From positions 16,363,840 to 16,427,839 of the forward strand of contig CAVNZM010000001.1 of NCBI GenBank assembly GCA_963693365.1: DNA of 64,000 bases. The letters are read 5' to 3'. The stretch's first letter is position 1, and every line of letters starts with the position of its first letter. Below the pieces are notes generated by a model, which was given only the letters and a program-made list of their open reading frames with translations, was not told the DNA's origin and did not search any database. Origin of the DNA: Amoebidium appalachense (Eukaryota > Protista > Ichthyosporea). Shown here one piece after another: positions 26,637-39,407 of the stretch. The position numbers and the translations under genes are program-made.

Positions 26637-27885
26637 GGGGGGGGGGGGGAAGAAGAGGAAACACAAAACAGCGCCACCGACTTAGATTGGGCATGAACGT
26701 GCAAAAACACTGTCCGGGAGAGTGGCTCAGAGTGTTTGACACAATGGTTGTAGAGGTGACCGGAGAAAACAGAAGAGGGACGGGGAGAGGGAGGATGTGT
26801 GTGTGTATGGGTAGGCGGGTGGGTGGGTGGGGGTGGAGGGGTAGGGATGGAAGGAGACATGGGGGCATCTTGGTGGGTACTAGTGTGGCGGAGTTCTCAG
26901 CTGAGACCAGGTCCTAGAAAGAGAGAGGATGGGAGAGATGAGGGCGGATAGGAGAGGGGATGTGTTCAAAAGTTGGTGCAGAATCGTTCAGAAACTTTGG
27001 AAACGATGAAAGAGACAATGAGGGAATTGGTGGGAGGGGTGGTGGTAGTGGTGGTGGTCACACGTGTGTATGTGTTGGGGAAGGGGGGGGGGGGGGGGGG
27101 GGGGAGGGGGGGGGGGAGAGGGGCGGAAGGGTGGAGAGCCCGGAGTGGGGAGGGGGGGATGTATTATACCTCTTTTGTAGCTAATGGGCCGACATTAATC
27201 AGATCAGTGGTGTTGATGTATCGGCTACCAACGTATGCGCCGCATTGAGGGGGGATCTATCAGATGCACCTCGTGCATGAATGATCTAGAAAGGTGCACA
27301 AGCACAACGCGGTAGGTGCCGGCTGCCGCATGCCTCATGTCAAATCCACACGTGTACGTCCCGTTACAGTGGTCGTAACTGAACGCATACGCACGGAAAT
27401 CCCGCCCGATACCTGCTGCAATCCCGGAGATCTGAGCCAGCTCGCACCGGAAAACGTCACCCCCATAGGTCCGGATATTTCCTTGGATATCCCGTGCTGT
27501 GAGATATACCGTGACTATCCCGTTATCATTGTGCACGTGCACATGGGTGCTGCTTGCGTCCGTTTCTTTGCTGATGTCCACTGCCACAGTGACGTCACAC
27601 CTCTCCCCGGCAGTCAGGTCCACAAACGGGTAAACCACATCAGGCACGTGCGCTGCATCTGATTGGAGGAGAGCTTAAATACCTTTGAAATGGCGCCCGT
27701 ATCAGATACTATCCTGACTGCGCTAGAGCATTGATTCTGGCTTGTTTTTATCAGCAAGTCACAGACAGTTGAAATGTGAGGTTGCTGGTAAGGCTCGTTA
27801 GATACTTGTAAATGTGGCCTCTGGTTGAACGGCATGAGGTTTCTTTCGATTCATTTTGGGTGGGTCTGTCGGAGGGGAAGGGGGG

Positions 27886-27921
<36 letters not shown>

Positions 27922-28335
27922 GGGTGTACTGTTGTGTGTAAATTGTTTCAATAATGTGATGGTGTGACTGATCTTATGTGTGTGCTAGTACGTACGTACC
28001 GTTTGTGGAGGTGTACGTGTCACGTGCGTGTATGTGTGTGTTACATCTCAGTGTGTCTGCCAGTGTGTGCATGTGTGCGTGTGTGTGTGTGTGTGTGTTT
28101 GCTGGTCAGGGGTACATGGGTGTGCCTGCGTGTGGGGCGCCCATCCCAAAGTGTTTGTGTGTGCGTGTGTGTGAGAGCATGTGTAGTGCAGTGAACATCA
28201 CCCGTGTGTGGGCCCTACAGAAGGGTAGTGGCTGTGTGTTTGTGACTACCACAGTGTGCTTGGCACGTGTGCGTCTGTGTGCATGCCCGTACATGTGTAT
28301 GCACGTGTTTGTTTGTTTGCTTGTGTCTCTCTCTC

Positions 28336-28387
<52 letters not shown>

Positions 28388-28454
28388 CGCGTGTGTGTAT
28401 GTGCACGCGCTTGTGTGAGCGTGTTTGTTTGTTGTTTGCTTGTGTCTCTCTCTC

Positions 28455-28505
<51 letters not shown>

Positions 28506-29372
28506 CGCGCGCGCGCGCGCGCGTGTTTGCGCCCGCGACGGCATGGGCCCCATATGATATGTGCACATGTGTGTGTGTGTGCCTTTCCCCGGCGCAATTA
28601 ACGTGCATGCTACGATTTGATCCAATGAAGGCATAATAAACAAGGTAAAGTAACCAGCAAAAAAACCCGCACATATTTACCGAACAGCAGTGATATATGC
28701 AAGCATGAACTTACATTGGAGAGGATAGACTAAGTGGTGGCAGTGCACCTTCACGTGTACATTGGTGGTGTGTTGCAAAGCGAAGGGGGGGGGGGGGGGG
28801 GGGGGGGGGGGGTGTGTGAGCATGAGCATAATAACACTTGCATACATACCATGCATAATCTGCTCAAGAACCTTCGTCACGATCGGACCCTCTTCCTCAG
28901 TTATCGTTGCCTGTTGGGTTTCGATTGGTAAAGGTGGTGTTGTTTGGCTACCTTCAACAGCCGCATTGTGGAGACTAGTAAGAGTCGTCGAACCGTAGTA
29001 TGAACTGGAAGGATAAAGTAGAACTGCAACGGCGGAGAAAAGAACGAGGCAACCCACCGTCACCAAAATCTGCTTTTTGTTTAGGGAACAAGTGGAAGGT
29101 AGACTAACATTTGACATTTTTATGTTTTCTTTCCCTGGGTTGCACGACGTGTCGTAGTGCGTGAAGTTTCCTGTTCCACGGAATTCGTGTGCTGCTTCAC
29201 CGTTCTCCAATTTGGATGAAGGTAGGCGGGTGGCGGAGTTATGGGAATCCAAAAAATCTAAATCATCAACATGAAAATCGAGGGGCTCGTGGTGTGTGTG
29301 GCGTGTGTGATGTGGAGAAAGTGGAGAATGTGGTGGGCCATAATTGAGTTTGTCTTCTGGTGCACGTGCCAT
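24660..29372 (-). CDS. NXPE-like (Ig/filamin-like + SGNH/PC-esterase) type II membrane protein; probable 1-nt frameshift at 27249-27254
   Basis: Exons 29372-28850, 27865-27806 (optional), 27658-27170, 26472-26074, 25845-25796 and 25704-25692 (optional pair), 25337-24660. [21 protein letters not shown]; NXPE motifs [17 protein letters not shown] and DHCNGTY; catalytic-type IVILGDS and DAMH. Confidence 0.8.
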
Positions 29373-29941
29373 TACTATTGACGGTATTATTATTGCCTTT
29401 CGCTACAATACAACGGCTGCTCTTCCGGGAAATGAAGGGGCAAACTCAAAGATAAAAAGAAAAACGGATGGTGTGTTTATCCCTGAGTCATGTTCCTGTT
29501 GGCTTGGAGAAGTGACTATGACAAGACGCCAAAAAGAAGGTGGGGGGAAAAGCGGGAGGGCCTGACAGTTCATAATAAATCGCGACCCAATCTGATCCAG
29601 GCTGCAATAATACGACCAAAAAAAACGTCGTGGTTACTGTACGTTATGAGGGGCCGACAAAGACACTCCCCGGCCCGATAGAGAGTGACGCAGAGCCTGT
29701 TACAATTCATGTGGGTGCTTTGAGGCCTTGGTGAGCCCGGTTGCAAGTTGCAACTGCTGTTGGTGGATCTAGATCATGAAAATGTGCAGGCTGCGGTTCC
29801 TATTGGGCCTGGATCGGAAACGCACGCGGAACATGTGACGGCCATGTGGTCGGCGATTTTTTTGACTTTTGTCTTTGCTGGATCCAACGGTTCCCTACGT
29901 GGGGCCCGGCGGGGCCCTCCGGGGGGGGGGGGGGGGAGGGG

Positions 29942-29994
<53 letters not shown>

Positions 29995-30085
29995 GGGCTG
30001 GTTACCGGTAATGTGTTTGTGAAAAAGAGAGGGGCTCTGTGTGTGAGAGAGGGAGAGATCAATAGGGGGTAGGAGATAGGGAGGG

Positions 30086-30189
<104 letters not shown>

Positions 30190-30276
30190 AGAGAGGGAGA
30201 GAGAGGGAGAGGAGAGAGAGAGAGAAAGAGAGACACACACACACACACACACACGTGCACACACACAGAGAGAGAA

Positions 30277-30366
<90 letters not shown>

Positions 30367-30369
30367 TGT

Positions 30370-30503
30370 GTGTGTGTATGTGTGTGTGTGTGACGTGTGT
30401 GTGTCGAGAGAGAGACGAGAGCAAGCTTAAAAGAAATCGTGATCAAGCCTTGGAGAGCATATATGTATGTCACGTCATTGTGTTGTGTATGTGTGTGTGT
30501 GTA

Positions 30504-30557
<54 letters not shown>

Positions 30558-30891
30558 CGCGTGTGTGTGTACGTGTGTGTGTGTCACAGTGTCACGGTGT
30601 GTGTGTGTGTGTGTGTATTGGGGGTGACATGATGCACGTATCTGGCGGGCCGGGCCGTGCACCGTTGAACTAAATGTCACATCCGTATATGTACACTTAC
30701 TCAAAGCACACACACAAACAAACAAACGAATCATACTCGCACATATTGTACAGCGCTAGTGTCACACACACACACGCACAAAAGCGCGCGCACACACACA
30801 CGCGCGCGCGCGCGAAGCCACACACGCACACGCACACGGACACGCACACCCACACCCACACATGTGTACACACACACACCCACACCGACGC

Positions 30892-30922
<31 letters not shown>

Positions 30923-31079
30923 ACACACACACACATATATGCACACACACGAACACACACACACACACGAACACACACACACACACTGACACACATATGC
31001 ACACCCTCTCACACACAGGCACACACTCACGCACTCACACACACATGCACACGCACCCACACACACACACACACACGCG

Positions 31080-31151
<72 letters not shown>

Positions 31152-31230
31152 ATCTACACACACACAACATCGTGACGTCGTGACACAAGAACACAAACAC
31201 GTAGATGCACACGTGCACACACACACACAC
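30370..31230. repeat. Compound (TG)n then (CA)n microsatellite block
   Basis: Several hundred bp of interrupted TG repeats followed by CA repeats; representative of dozens of such tracts in the window. Confidence 0.9.
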
Positions 31231-32061
31231 GTCCACGCACCAGAAGCTGCATGTGTGCGTGCAGTGCGACACGTGCCATATTCAGATTAAAGCCCACACA
31301 CCCTTTCTTTGACTTGTGGCGCACACACATGATTTTTCGGGCCTGGGAAATCAAAGATTCCTTTTTGTTTTATGCAAGGTAAAAAGAAATCGTCATTTGC
31401 CAAACTTTGATGTGCTTGCTCAATTGCAAACTGCGATTCGGGAGTTACAGAGTCGCCAGGGGAGGGGGGGGGGGGGGGGGGGCTCCGGGTGGTTATAATC
31501 TTATAATAAGATATCCCCCGAAGGCCCAACACGCACACACACCGTGCCAGACGCACGCACACACACGCACGCACACACACACACACACACACACACCGTG
31601 GCACACAGCATCCTCAATGCACCAAACTACATAAGCACAAAAAACGATGGGGCAAAAGACGATAATAGAGGAAGAAAAGGAACACACCTGATTCCCCTCT
31701 CAAAGGGTGGGGTGCTGGGAGGCAGACTACATGAGTGGGGTGGAATGAGGCAGCGCAGATTTAATAGGGGACTGGGGAAGGGGGAAGGGTGGAGGGGGGA
31801 GGGAAGGGGCACTTGTGGTGATATGGTGGTGGGTAGGGGGGAGGGGGAGGGGAGAAAAGGAGAAAGAGGGGGGGGGGGGGGGGGGGGGGGGGAAGGGGGG
31901 GGGCTAATGGATTTGCTCATGTCCATCTGATAACATGGCAAGCACACACGAAAAGAACCCCCCTCCGCCTCCCCCTCCCGCCCACCCACCCACCCACCCA
32001 CCCACCCACCGGGCCCCCACTGGCACCCACACATGTACCCATGCATGCACACTCGCACACA

Positions 32062-32094
<33 letters not shown>

Positions 32095-32111
32095 GCAACA
32101 CACACACATGT

Positions 32112-32161
<50 letters not shown>

Positions 32162-32565
32162 CCACCCCAGATAGCACCCAACGACACACCTTGTCTTTTT
32201 CTTCTTCTGCTTGTTCTAGATTGCCCGTGCCCTCCTCCCTTCTTTGGACGGTACCTGGGCAGAGTAGGCCAGTTGAGCACGTCATCGGTACGTGAGGCGG
32301 GGTTAGATTTCTTTTCTTTCGGCAGCCGGGAGGGGGGGGGTCTGTTTGAGAGAGGTATTTGGAATGCGAATGATATTCTTTCCTTTCCTCAGACGGCCTG
32401 AGGGGAAGGGGGGGGGGGGGGGGTAGGAGGTGGGGAGGAGGGGGGGATCCGGAGGGGAAAGCTCCAAAACAGAAAGAAAACCCTCCTCACAGCTCTGCAG
32501 GAAAGAAGCAATGTGGCACGTGGTATTAAATGGGCAGTGGGATGGGGTGATGGTTTTTAATCAAA

Positions 32566-32596
<31 letters not shown>

Positions 32597-33578
32597 GAGG
32601 GGGGTTGTGTGTGTGTGTTTCAGGGAGGGGGGGGAGGGGGTGGGGTGGGGGGGGGGGGGGGGGGGACCATGCTAGGGGAGAGGGAGGCAGGTTGCTGCAA
32701 GATCTAGAATGCTGTACATCCACGGGTGAAGCGTGTTCTTGTTGTCTGCCTTGGAACGGTTTTAGCAAACCAGCGTCATGGTGGAACGATGTGTGTGTGT
32801 GTGTGTGTGTGTGTGACGGTGTGTGTGTGTGTGTGTGTGAGTGAGTGAGTGAGTGTGTGTGTGTGAGTGTGAGTGAGTGAGTGAGTGAGTGTGTGTGTGC
32901 ACGCGCGTTTGTGTTTGGGGTGAGGGGGTGGCCATGGGGGGGAGGGGGGGATCGGAGGGGGGATATATACACGGTGGGGGCCTCTGTGCCTTTATCAATG
33001 TCCATGTCTGTGTGCCTGCAATTGTGGCTATACCGTGTATAAGAATGGGTGCCCACATGTGAGCATCTGTGAGTGCCATGCCATGCACTGCACGAGTGTA
33101 TTTGTATGCAAGTGTGTGAAATGCGTGTGTTTTCTCCGTGTGGGTCTCTCTCTGTGTGTGTGCAGTGTGTGCGTGTGTATGCATGTGCATGTGTGTGCAT
33201 ACGTGTGTGTGTGTGTTGTGGGGCAGCAGGGTTAGGGTTGGGAGGGAGGGGGACGCAAGTGGGGAAACACATTATGGCATATTGCTGATGCCCGGGTGTC
33301 CACTTGAGACTTTGCCTGACTCAAATAGTTCTATTCAGCGTCAACATGGTTGAATTAATACAAGCCGAGTGCACACAGGAAACCAGTCCACTGTGTCATC
33401 TGCACGCTCACTCACACACAGTCTCACACCAAAGCAACGGTACCACGGCTGCAGGGGTGCAAAACCCGTGATTTTTCGGTTTCCACACTATTTTCTCAGA
33501 AACAACTGCTACAGTAACACCGTTGTGCAGCTATACATATGCATACATTTGGTCCGCTGGACCAAATATCATAAAGTA

Positions 33579-35096
33579 TTAGTCTAAAAATTGCTCAAAC
33601 AGGTTGTACAGTGCCTGATTCCACGTGTCAGGAACACCAGGTATACACCAGTGAAGGCAGTCGGAGTGACCATCTGGCCGCCTACTTGACATGCCGTCAA
33701 CATGGAAAAACGTGAAGTTGTTTGCCAGCGGCGTTGAAGCAAAAAGAGAGGCCCAGATGTGCTCGTGCATCTTTATCTTTTCCCAATGAAAGTTGTTTGC
33801 TGGTATCGGGTAGGCGATGGGGTTCTCCAGGGGGCCTGGATAGCTCTGGCATCCGTAATGGCCGGGAGGTGCGGTCAAAACGATGACCTTCCCCTTAAAA
33901 TTTTCAGCCAGGTATTGCACGACGTTTTTGGCCATCAGCCGATATCCGCGATATTCAAGGTCCTCCTTGTGCCAGTGGTGCCCCGTGCCAATTATTAGAA
34001 CATCAACATCGACTAGGAAGCGTGGCCATTCTAAGGTTAAACTCTGCCGATGCCACGTTTTCCCAGCCCAGTCCATGACCAAGTCAGGAGGATCGGGGCA
34101 GCGTGCACCGATGGATATTTCTTCCTCTTGGGAAAGGTTATAATGCGATTTCATGATCACCTTCTCTGCCTCGTTGGCCATGCAATAGTCGTAAATTTTT
34201 GGCGGAACAACATCGTAGGTCTTGTAATCAACAAGGATGTAAGAGCTGTAATGACGAAGGAGGGGCCTGGTAACTCCAGGGGCAAACCAATGCTTCATTG
34301 GGAGCCAGCCCCGGGGCTGTGCAGACGGAAAGTCCCTATGGACTACTTCCGGCTGCAGGGATAAAAGTCTTCCTAGGCTTTCAACCGCCTGGCGACAAAG
34401 GGAATCACCAACTGTAAGCACCCGATACTTGGATAGTATTTGCGTCATGCGGGTGGAGTTGAAAGGCAGCAGGTTACACGTCGAAGGCTGCCAGTAGTAA
34501 TTCAGAGCGTCATTTTTCACAGCAAAGTGGTGTGTGTTGGTTGTATTCCAGCAATATTCACTGGCAGTCGGATTAGGAAGGTTACTACTATTCCGGTCCA
34601 ACCCATATGCATATGCCGTAGGGGCATTTACAAAGAGTGATTGCATTCCGTTTATTTGCGCCCAGGTGCCAACATCACAATTCCTAATCCAAGTTCCGTG
34701 ATTGTAAACACTAACCATAGATGCACCGCTGCTATCCGACGTCTGCTCCGGTAGGGTACGAAAGACAAGGCCCTCACGGTCAACCATGCTGCACCGTGGC
34801 CTGTCATTGTTGGTTTGTGCGGCCCCATACAAATACCGACATGTGGCCTCGCCATATCGTCCCTCGCCTGTCGGGTAAAATGGCTGCGTGAGTTTGGTGG
34901 TCTCTGGCGCAGGGGCGTCGTAAACGTTCTTCAAGTTAGGGCTGATATGCAATTGAACTCCACCCTGTTGAAGTAGACCGTGAATGACCCATAACAAAAC
35001 GCAACACACAGCTGCTATCGCGGTTTTCGTTGCCGAGACGTAGGATTGACACTTCCCGTTTTTCATATTGAACACTCGTGGCTCCTCAACCATCAC
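33579..35096 (-). CDS. TBL/PC-esterase family polysaccharide O-acetyltransferase (505 aa, intronless)
   Basis: Single 505-aa ORF. N-terminal TM AIAAVCCVLLWVIHG; YYWQPSTC.L..FN; VLTVGDSL; GTGHHW; SSRRPDGH; DCLHWCIPGVPDTWNQAL, the TBL DCxHWCLPGxxDxWN signature. Confidence 0.92.
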   Translation of the reverse strand: MMVEEPRVFNMKNGKCQSYVSATKTAIAAVCCVLLWVIHGLLQQGGVQLHISPNLKNVYDAPAPETTKLTQPFYPTGEGRYGEATCRYLYGAAQTNNDRPRCSMVDREGLVFRTLPEQTSDSSGASMVSVYNHGTWIRNCDVGTWAQINGMQSLFVNAPTAYAYGLDRNSSNLPNPTASEYCWNTTNTHHFAVKNDALNYYWQPSTCNLLPFNSTRMTQILSKYRVLTVGDSLCRQAVESLGRLLSLQPEVVHRDFPSAQPRGWLPMKHWFAPGVTRPLLRHYSSYILVDYKTYDVVPPKIYDYCMANEAEKVIMKSHYNLSQEEEISIGARCPDPPDLVMDWAGKTWHRQSLTLEWPRFLVDVDVLIIGTGHHWHKEDLEYRGYRLMAKNVVQYLAENFKGKVIVLTAPPGHYGCQSYPGPLENPIAYPIPANNFHWEKIKMHEHIWASLFASTPLANNFTFFHVDGMSSRRPDGHSDCLHWCIPGVPDTWNQALYNLFEQFLD

Positions 35097-35781
35097 TGGT
35101 CGCCCAAGTCAAAATAAATATAGCGCGTGTGCCTCGAGCTCCGTGTGGCAGTGGGTGTTTTATGGCCCCTGATGATAGATCTGCAGGGCTAAGTAAGTAA
35201 AATGGGGCTTGTGTCGCCAACAAGTACAAAACCGGCTACCGGACCGTACCCCATGGGACTTTCGCTCAGCCGGGAGTCCGGGACGCCCAGTGTCATATCT
35301 TGGCGCCTACGTCACTGCTCCCACGCATCGGGGGCACGTGGCTTCGACCAATATTCCACGGAGCCCTCGGATTGGTTCTCCGAGCTGTAAACAAATGCAG
35401 GTGTGCACACGCACCGTTGTTCCATTGGCTTTCAGCACATCGAGATTCAGATAAGATTCGTTGATTCGCCAAATGTCAGGCTAACAAGATATGCGTTAGC
35501 GCGACGCCGGGAGCGATGCAAAGTCATGTCTGCAGTGACTCTGCACTCTGCAATTATTGCAATGTTAGAGTGTGATTGGAGTTTAACTTGGCCGCTATGT
35601 AGTTTTCAATGGTTGAAAAAACGTGCCTCTCATTGATTGGTTTCTTGCTGGCATTTACGCATCCATGGTATTCCATGGCTTTTTCGGAGCCTCTGTCTGA
35701 TTGGTCAAATCACAGAACCAATGAAATTAGAGGATTTCTGTAGTAATATGACACGTGGCGTCCTCCCGGACTCCTGCGGAC

Positions 35782-35815
<34 letters not shown>

Positions 35816-35916
35816 AAGAAAAGAATAGAAAAATAGAAGAAAAAGAAAGGAAGAAAAGGAAAGGAAACTCCGCAGGTACCGCCAAGTCGACATTTGGCTA
35901 GGGCTTGTGCTGTGCC

Positions 35917-36426
35917 ATCAGGGAAGTAATGTGTGATGGCTGATCGAAACCGGGTCCTTGAACACATCCTGCACGTGGCCGGCTTGAAATGCGGCGAATT
36001 TGATGTCTTTTCAGAGGGGCAAAAAAAGAAAGTTTTTTAACTGTGAGGAAGTGTTCTGATGGTAACTTTTGCGCTCCAAAATAAGAACATACGAGGCCCT
36101 GTTTGCGTGTCGGGGTTTGTTATCAAAGATGTAAGATTAAAATATTTAGATAAGAAACCTACAGAAGGGTTTGGTGGGTTTATACACTTTTTATTGCTGT
36201 GGACACTGTCTGGGGCCCAGCGTCACTCGACGAAGGGTTTGGTCGCTTTCAGTCCGAAGGAGACTCAACCATGTGGCCAGGGGTTATAAAGGCGCAATTG
36301 GCAGTAATTTTGGTGTGATTTCATATAGAAAAATGGGGGCTGTGCCAGGAAAATGCGATCAGGGAAGTAATGTGTGATGGCAGATCGAAACCGGGTCCTT
36401 GAGCACATCCTACACGTGGCCGGCTT
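35917..36426. repeat. 69-bp direct repeat pair
   Basis: 35917-35985 and 36358-36426 differ at only 3 positions. Confidence 0.85.
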
Positions 36427-37008
36427 CCGATTGGCAGGAACAACCGAGTCACCAGGGTTGTGCGGGTTTGGCTGCACTTCCCGTGTTACCCAAAACACAA
36501 TCGTATTGTCGGAATATTAAAAAAAATGTAAATCGTAATTTTCTTTTGACTCGGGTTTATTGATCCGTTGATGAAGGCAACGTGCAGCCACAGGCTACAT
36601 AACCACCAATAGAACTGAAAAAGCCGAAGCTACGAAATAAAAATAAAGCGACAAGTGACAAAGGACACCAGCGGGCAAAACCGTAAGTGTACATGTATGC
36701 GTGAGACTAGTAGTTCTGCTCCAACTAGTATGCATCGATGTTGACCAGACCACACTCCGCAAGAAGACATCATTACTGCTTTTTCCCAACAGACCCCCCT
36801 CAAAGCCTATCGGGGCACAGCAAGCAAGTCAGCCTCTAAAAGAGCAATGCAGACCAAATCTGAGCTAAAAAACAATCCCAACGGGCCCGACCCCTAGCAC
36901 CCGAAGAAACAGCATCTAGCTCTCTGATAAGGTGGCCTAGTTGTGGCAGGACACACAGAAAAACACAATTACAGAATGCATACAAGCAAACCCGTAATGG
37001 GGGTTTAC

Positions 37009-37040
37009 CACGGCCATCTAGAAACACCTAGATGGCCGTG
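37009..37040. mobile_element. 32-bp palindromic mini-element or footprint with 8-bp TSD
   Basis: cacggccatctag-aaacac-ctagatggccgtg flanked by gggtttac at 37001-37008 and 37041-37048. Confidence 0.85.
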
Positions 37041-37503
37041 GGGTTTACATCATTTGAGAGCTCGTATAGGACCCCCTACATTACTGATTTTAATGAACAA
37101 GGTCTTACAACTTTATATTCCGTTAGCAATTTTACGCCCCGACAGGCAAAACAGGGCTTCATATTCCGCTCTGGAGTGCAAAAATAGCCACCTGATCACT
37201 TCTTACCTAGAAAAACACCAGCTTTCGTATGAAAGCACACCAAAATACACTATTGGGGCACGTTTGACTGCTACGATAAACCAGTACAGCACCTCGCAGC
37301 GTTAGTCGTATTGACCCCCTGGGCTTAATCGGAAATACGACGATTTTGGGTCGTAATTCAACCCCTGCGAGTCACATTTTCTCCAGTGGTTTACGGCAGT
37401 ATTCGACTAAAGTTCGAGTTTGGGTGGTGCAAGGCTGCAAGCCTGGTTTGTTTGCAGTTATATAGATTCGCTAGTACTGATAACAATAAGCCTACATTTG
37501 ATG

Positions 37504-37506
<3 letters not shown>

Positions 37507-37577
<71 letters not shown>
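37507..37577. repeat. (TA)n microsatellite
   Basis: Direct inspection; another TA run lies at ~16703-16757. Confidence 0.95.
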
Positions 37578-37581
<4 letters not shown>

Positions 37582-38271
37582 TGATGTAGCGCTGTGGCCG
37601 TGTACTTGTGGTATATTATACCGGATATCTAGTATGGATGTACACAGGTTGAGATATACGCGCACGTGTACATGTATATATACCACTGTATTTGATCTTA
37701 GGTAGGCCAGTATGCATGTCCCCCCCAGTCTTGTGCGCATGAGCATGGAGTTAAACATATGTGCACGTGCAGCTTGCAGGATTATTCATGGGAAAACAGA
37801 TATAATATGGGCCTTAGCCTCTATAGCTCGCAAATCGATCGGTCCAAAATCCCCCCTTTTTGAGCGATCGTGGTATGAGAATGGAGCATGATATTCGGGA
37901 AATTTCAACATGGAAAGGGAGCTTATGATGTGCACTTCAAAAGTGCCCGGTTACTTTTTTCCTCTGACAGCAAAAACATGGTGAAAATTTGTGTTGAAAA
38001 TTAAATTTTTCATATGTAGGCCAAAAATTGGCCGCCCAACCGTAACACATAGAAGGAGGGGTATTAGACCCATCAATATGGGGTGCAAAATGCTCAGCTC
38101 GCCAAGCCAAGGTCAGTCTCCGGAATCAGATTTTCAAAAACGTTTTCCGTTCTCGAGATATTCACACTTTTCCGATCGGACCCCCCCAGCTTGAACCCCC
38201 ACCATGAAATTTAGTTTGCGACCACTTAGGTGCATCATGTGACCGTGCACTACGGCCCCGTGTGTGTGTGT

Positions 38272-38326
<55 letters not shown>

Positions 38327-38434
38327 ACACGGTGTGTGTCTACATGTATGTGTGTGTGTTTGTGTGTGTGTGTGTGCACGTGTGTACACTGGTGTGTGTG
38401 TGTGTGTGTGTGTGTGCACAATATCTGCACCATG

Positions 38435-38476
<42 letters not shown>

Positions 38477-38489
38477 CGGTGTGTGTGAC

Positions 38490-38569
<80 letters not shown>

Positions 38570-38574
38570 CCTAG

Positions 38575-38957
38575 GGGGACATGCAACATTGACTCACAAG
38601 GGCCGGTGGATTTGCCCAGTGACCAACTTATTACTATTGGCCATGGCTCGCATAGAGGAGGCACGAAATATGACCAGCATTGCAACGCACGACAAGAGTT
38701 ATTTGCAGTTTGTAAAATATTACCCGGACACAGATTCTCCAGGCATGGGCGAGGTGTCAAGTTTGTGCATTGATGATGCGTTCATCATCTACCTCAATGT
38801 CCCTAAGACGGCTTATGACACAGTGGTGAACGCGCGAGACCTTGTGGGAAAGTCTGCTACACAACTGTCCCCCACGCAGGTTGTGCGTCGCAAGTGGAAG
38901 TACGAGTATATACTTGCTAGAGACAAGTACGGCAACGTCCACCCTAACTACGCCTAA
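38575..38957 (+). CDS. Orphan terminal-exon-like ORF (~127 aa), unknown function
   Basis: Follows (TG)n-ggcctag. Open, non-repetitive frame GHATLTHKGRWICPVTNLLLLAMARIEEAR...ARDKYGNVHPNYA*. No upstream exon identified. Confidence 0.4.
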
Positions 38958-39361
38958 GTTTGTGCACGCGTCAGCTGGGCTGCACGCAAAATGATAGCTG
39001 AACTGTAACAGATGTGCAAAGGGAAATACAGGTGCAATGCGTTTGGAAACGTTTATTGTTACATGTTTTGCATGTAATCAGCAAGTCACCCCCTTCCTCA
39101 CTCCCCCTTCACCACCACGTCTATTTTACATACAAACACATACGGCTTCGCTCGTGCGTGGTGTGTGTGGAACGTGTTAGGCAGGCCACATGCATACTCG
39201 TGTGGGACATACACAGACACCTCAGAGGCCCCCCTCGACAAACGGTGAGCAAACACACACAGACACACTCTTCGCACCACGGCCCTCTGAAAAAAAGACT
39301 TCGCACCCAGCTTGAACATAACCGGCCAGGCAGGCACCGCCGGGCAGCGAGCCAGGTCAAA

Positions 39362-39407
39362 TCGGGTCGGGTCGGTTCATTTCGGGCGATGACCCGACCC
39401 GACCCGA
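39362..39407. repeat. 14-bp inverted repeat of (GGGTC)n units, resembling transposon subterminal repeats
   Basis: tcgggtcgggtcgg (39362-39375) and ccgacccgacccga (39394-39407). Confidence 0.6.

Noticed and set aside
36570-36931. TAA/TAG-to-Gln genetic code reassignment
   Set aside because: Well-supported genes end in TAG or TAA, and their long exons contain no internal TAR codons.
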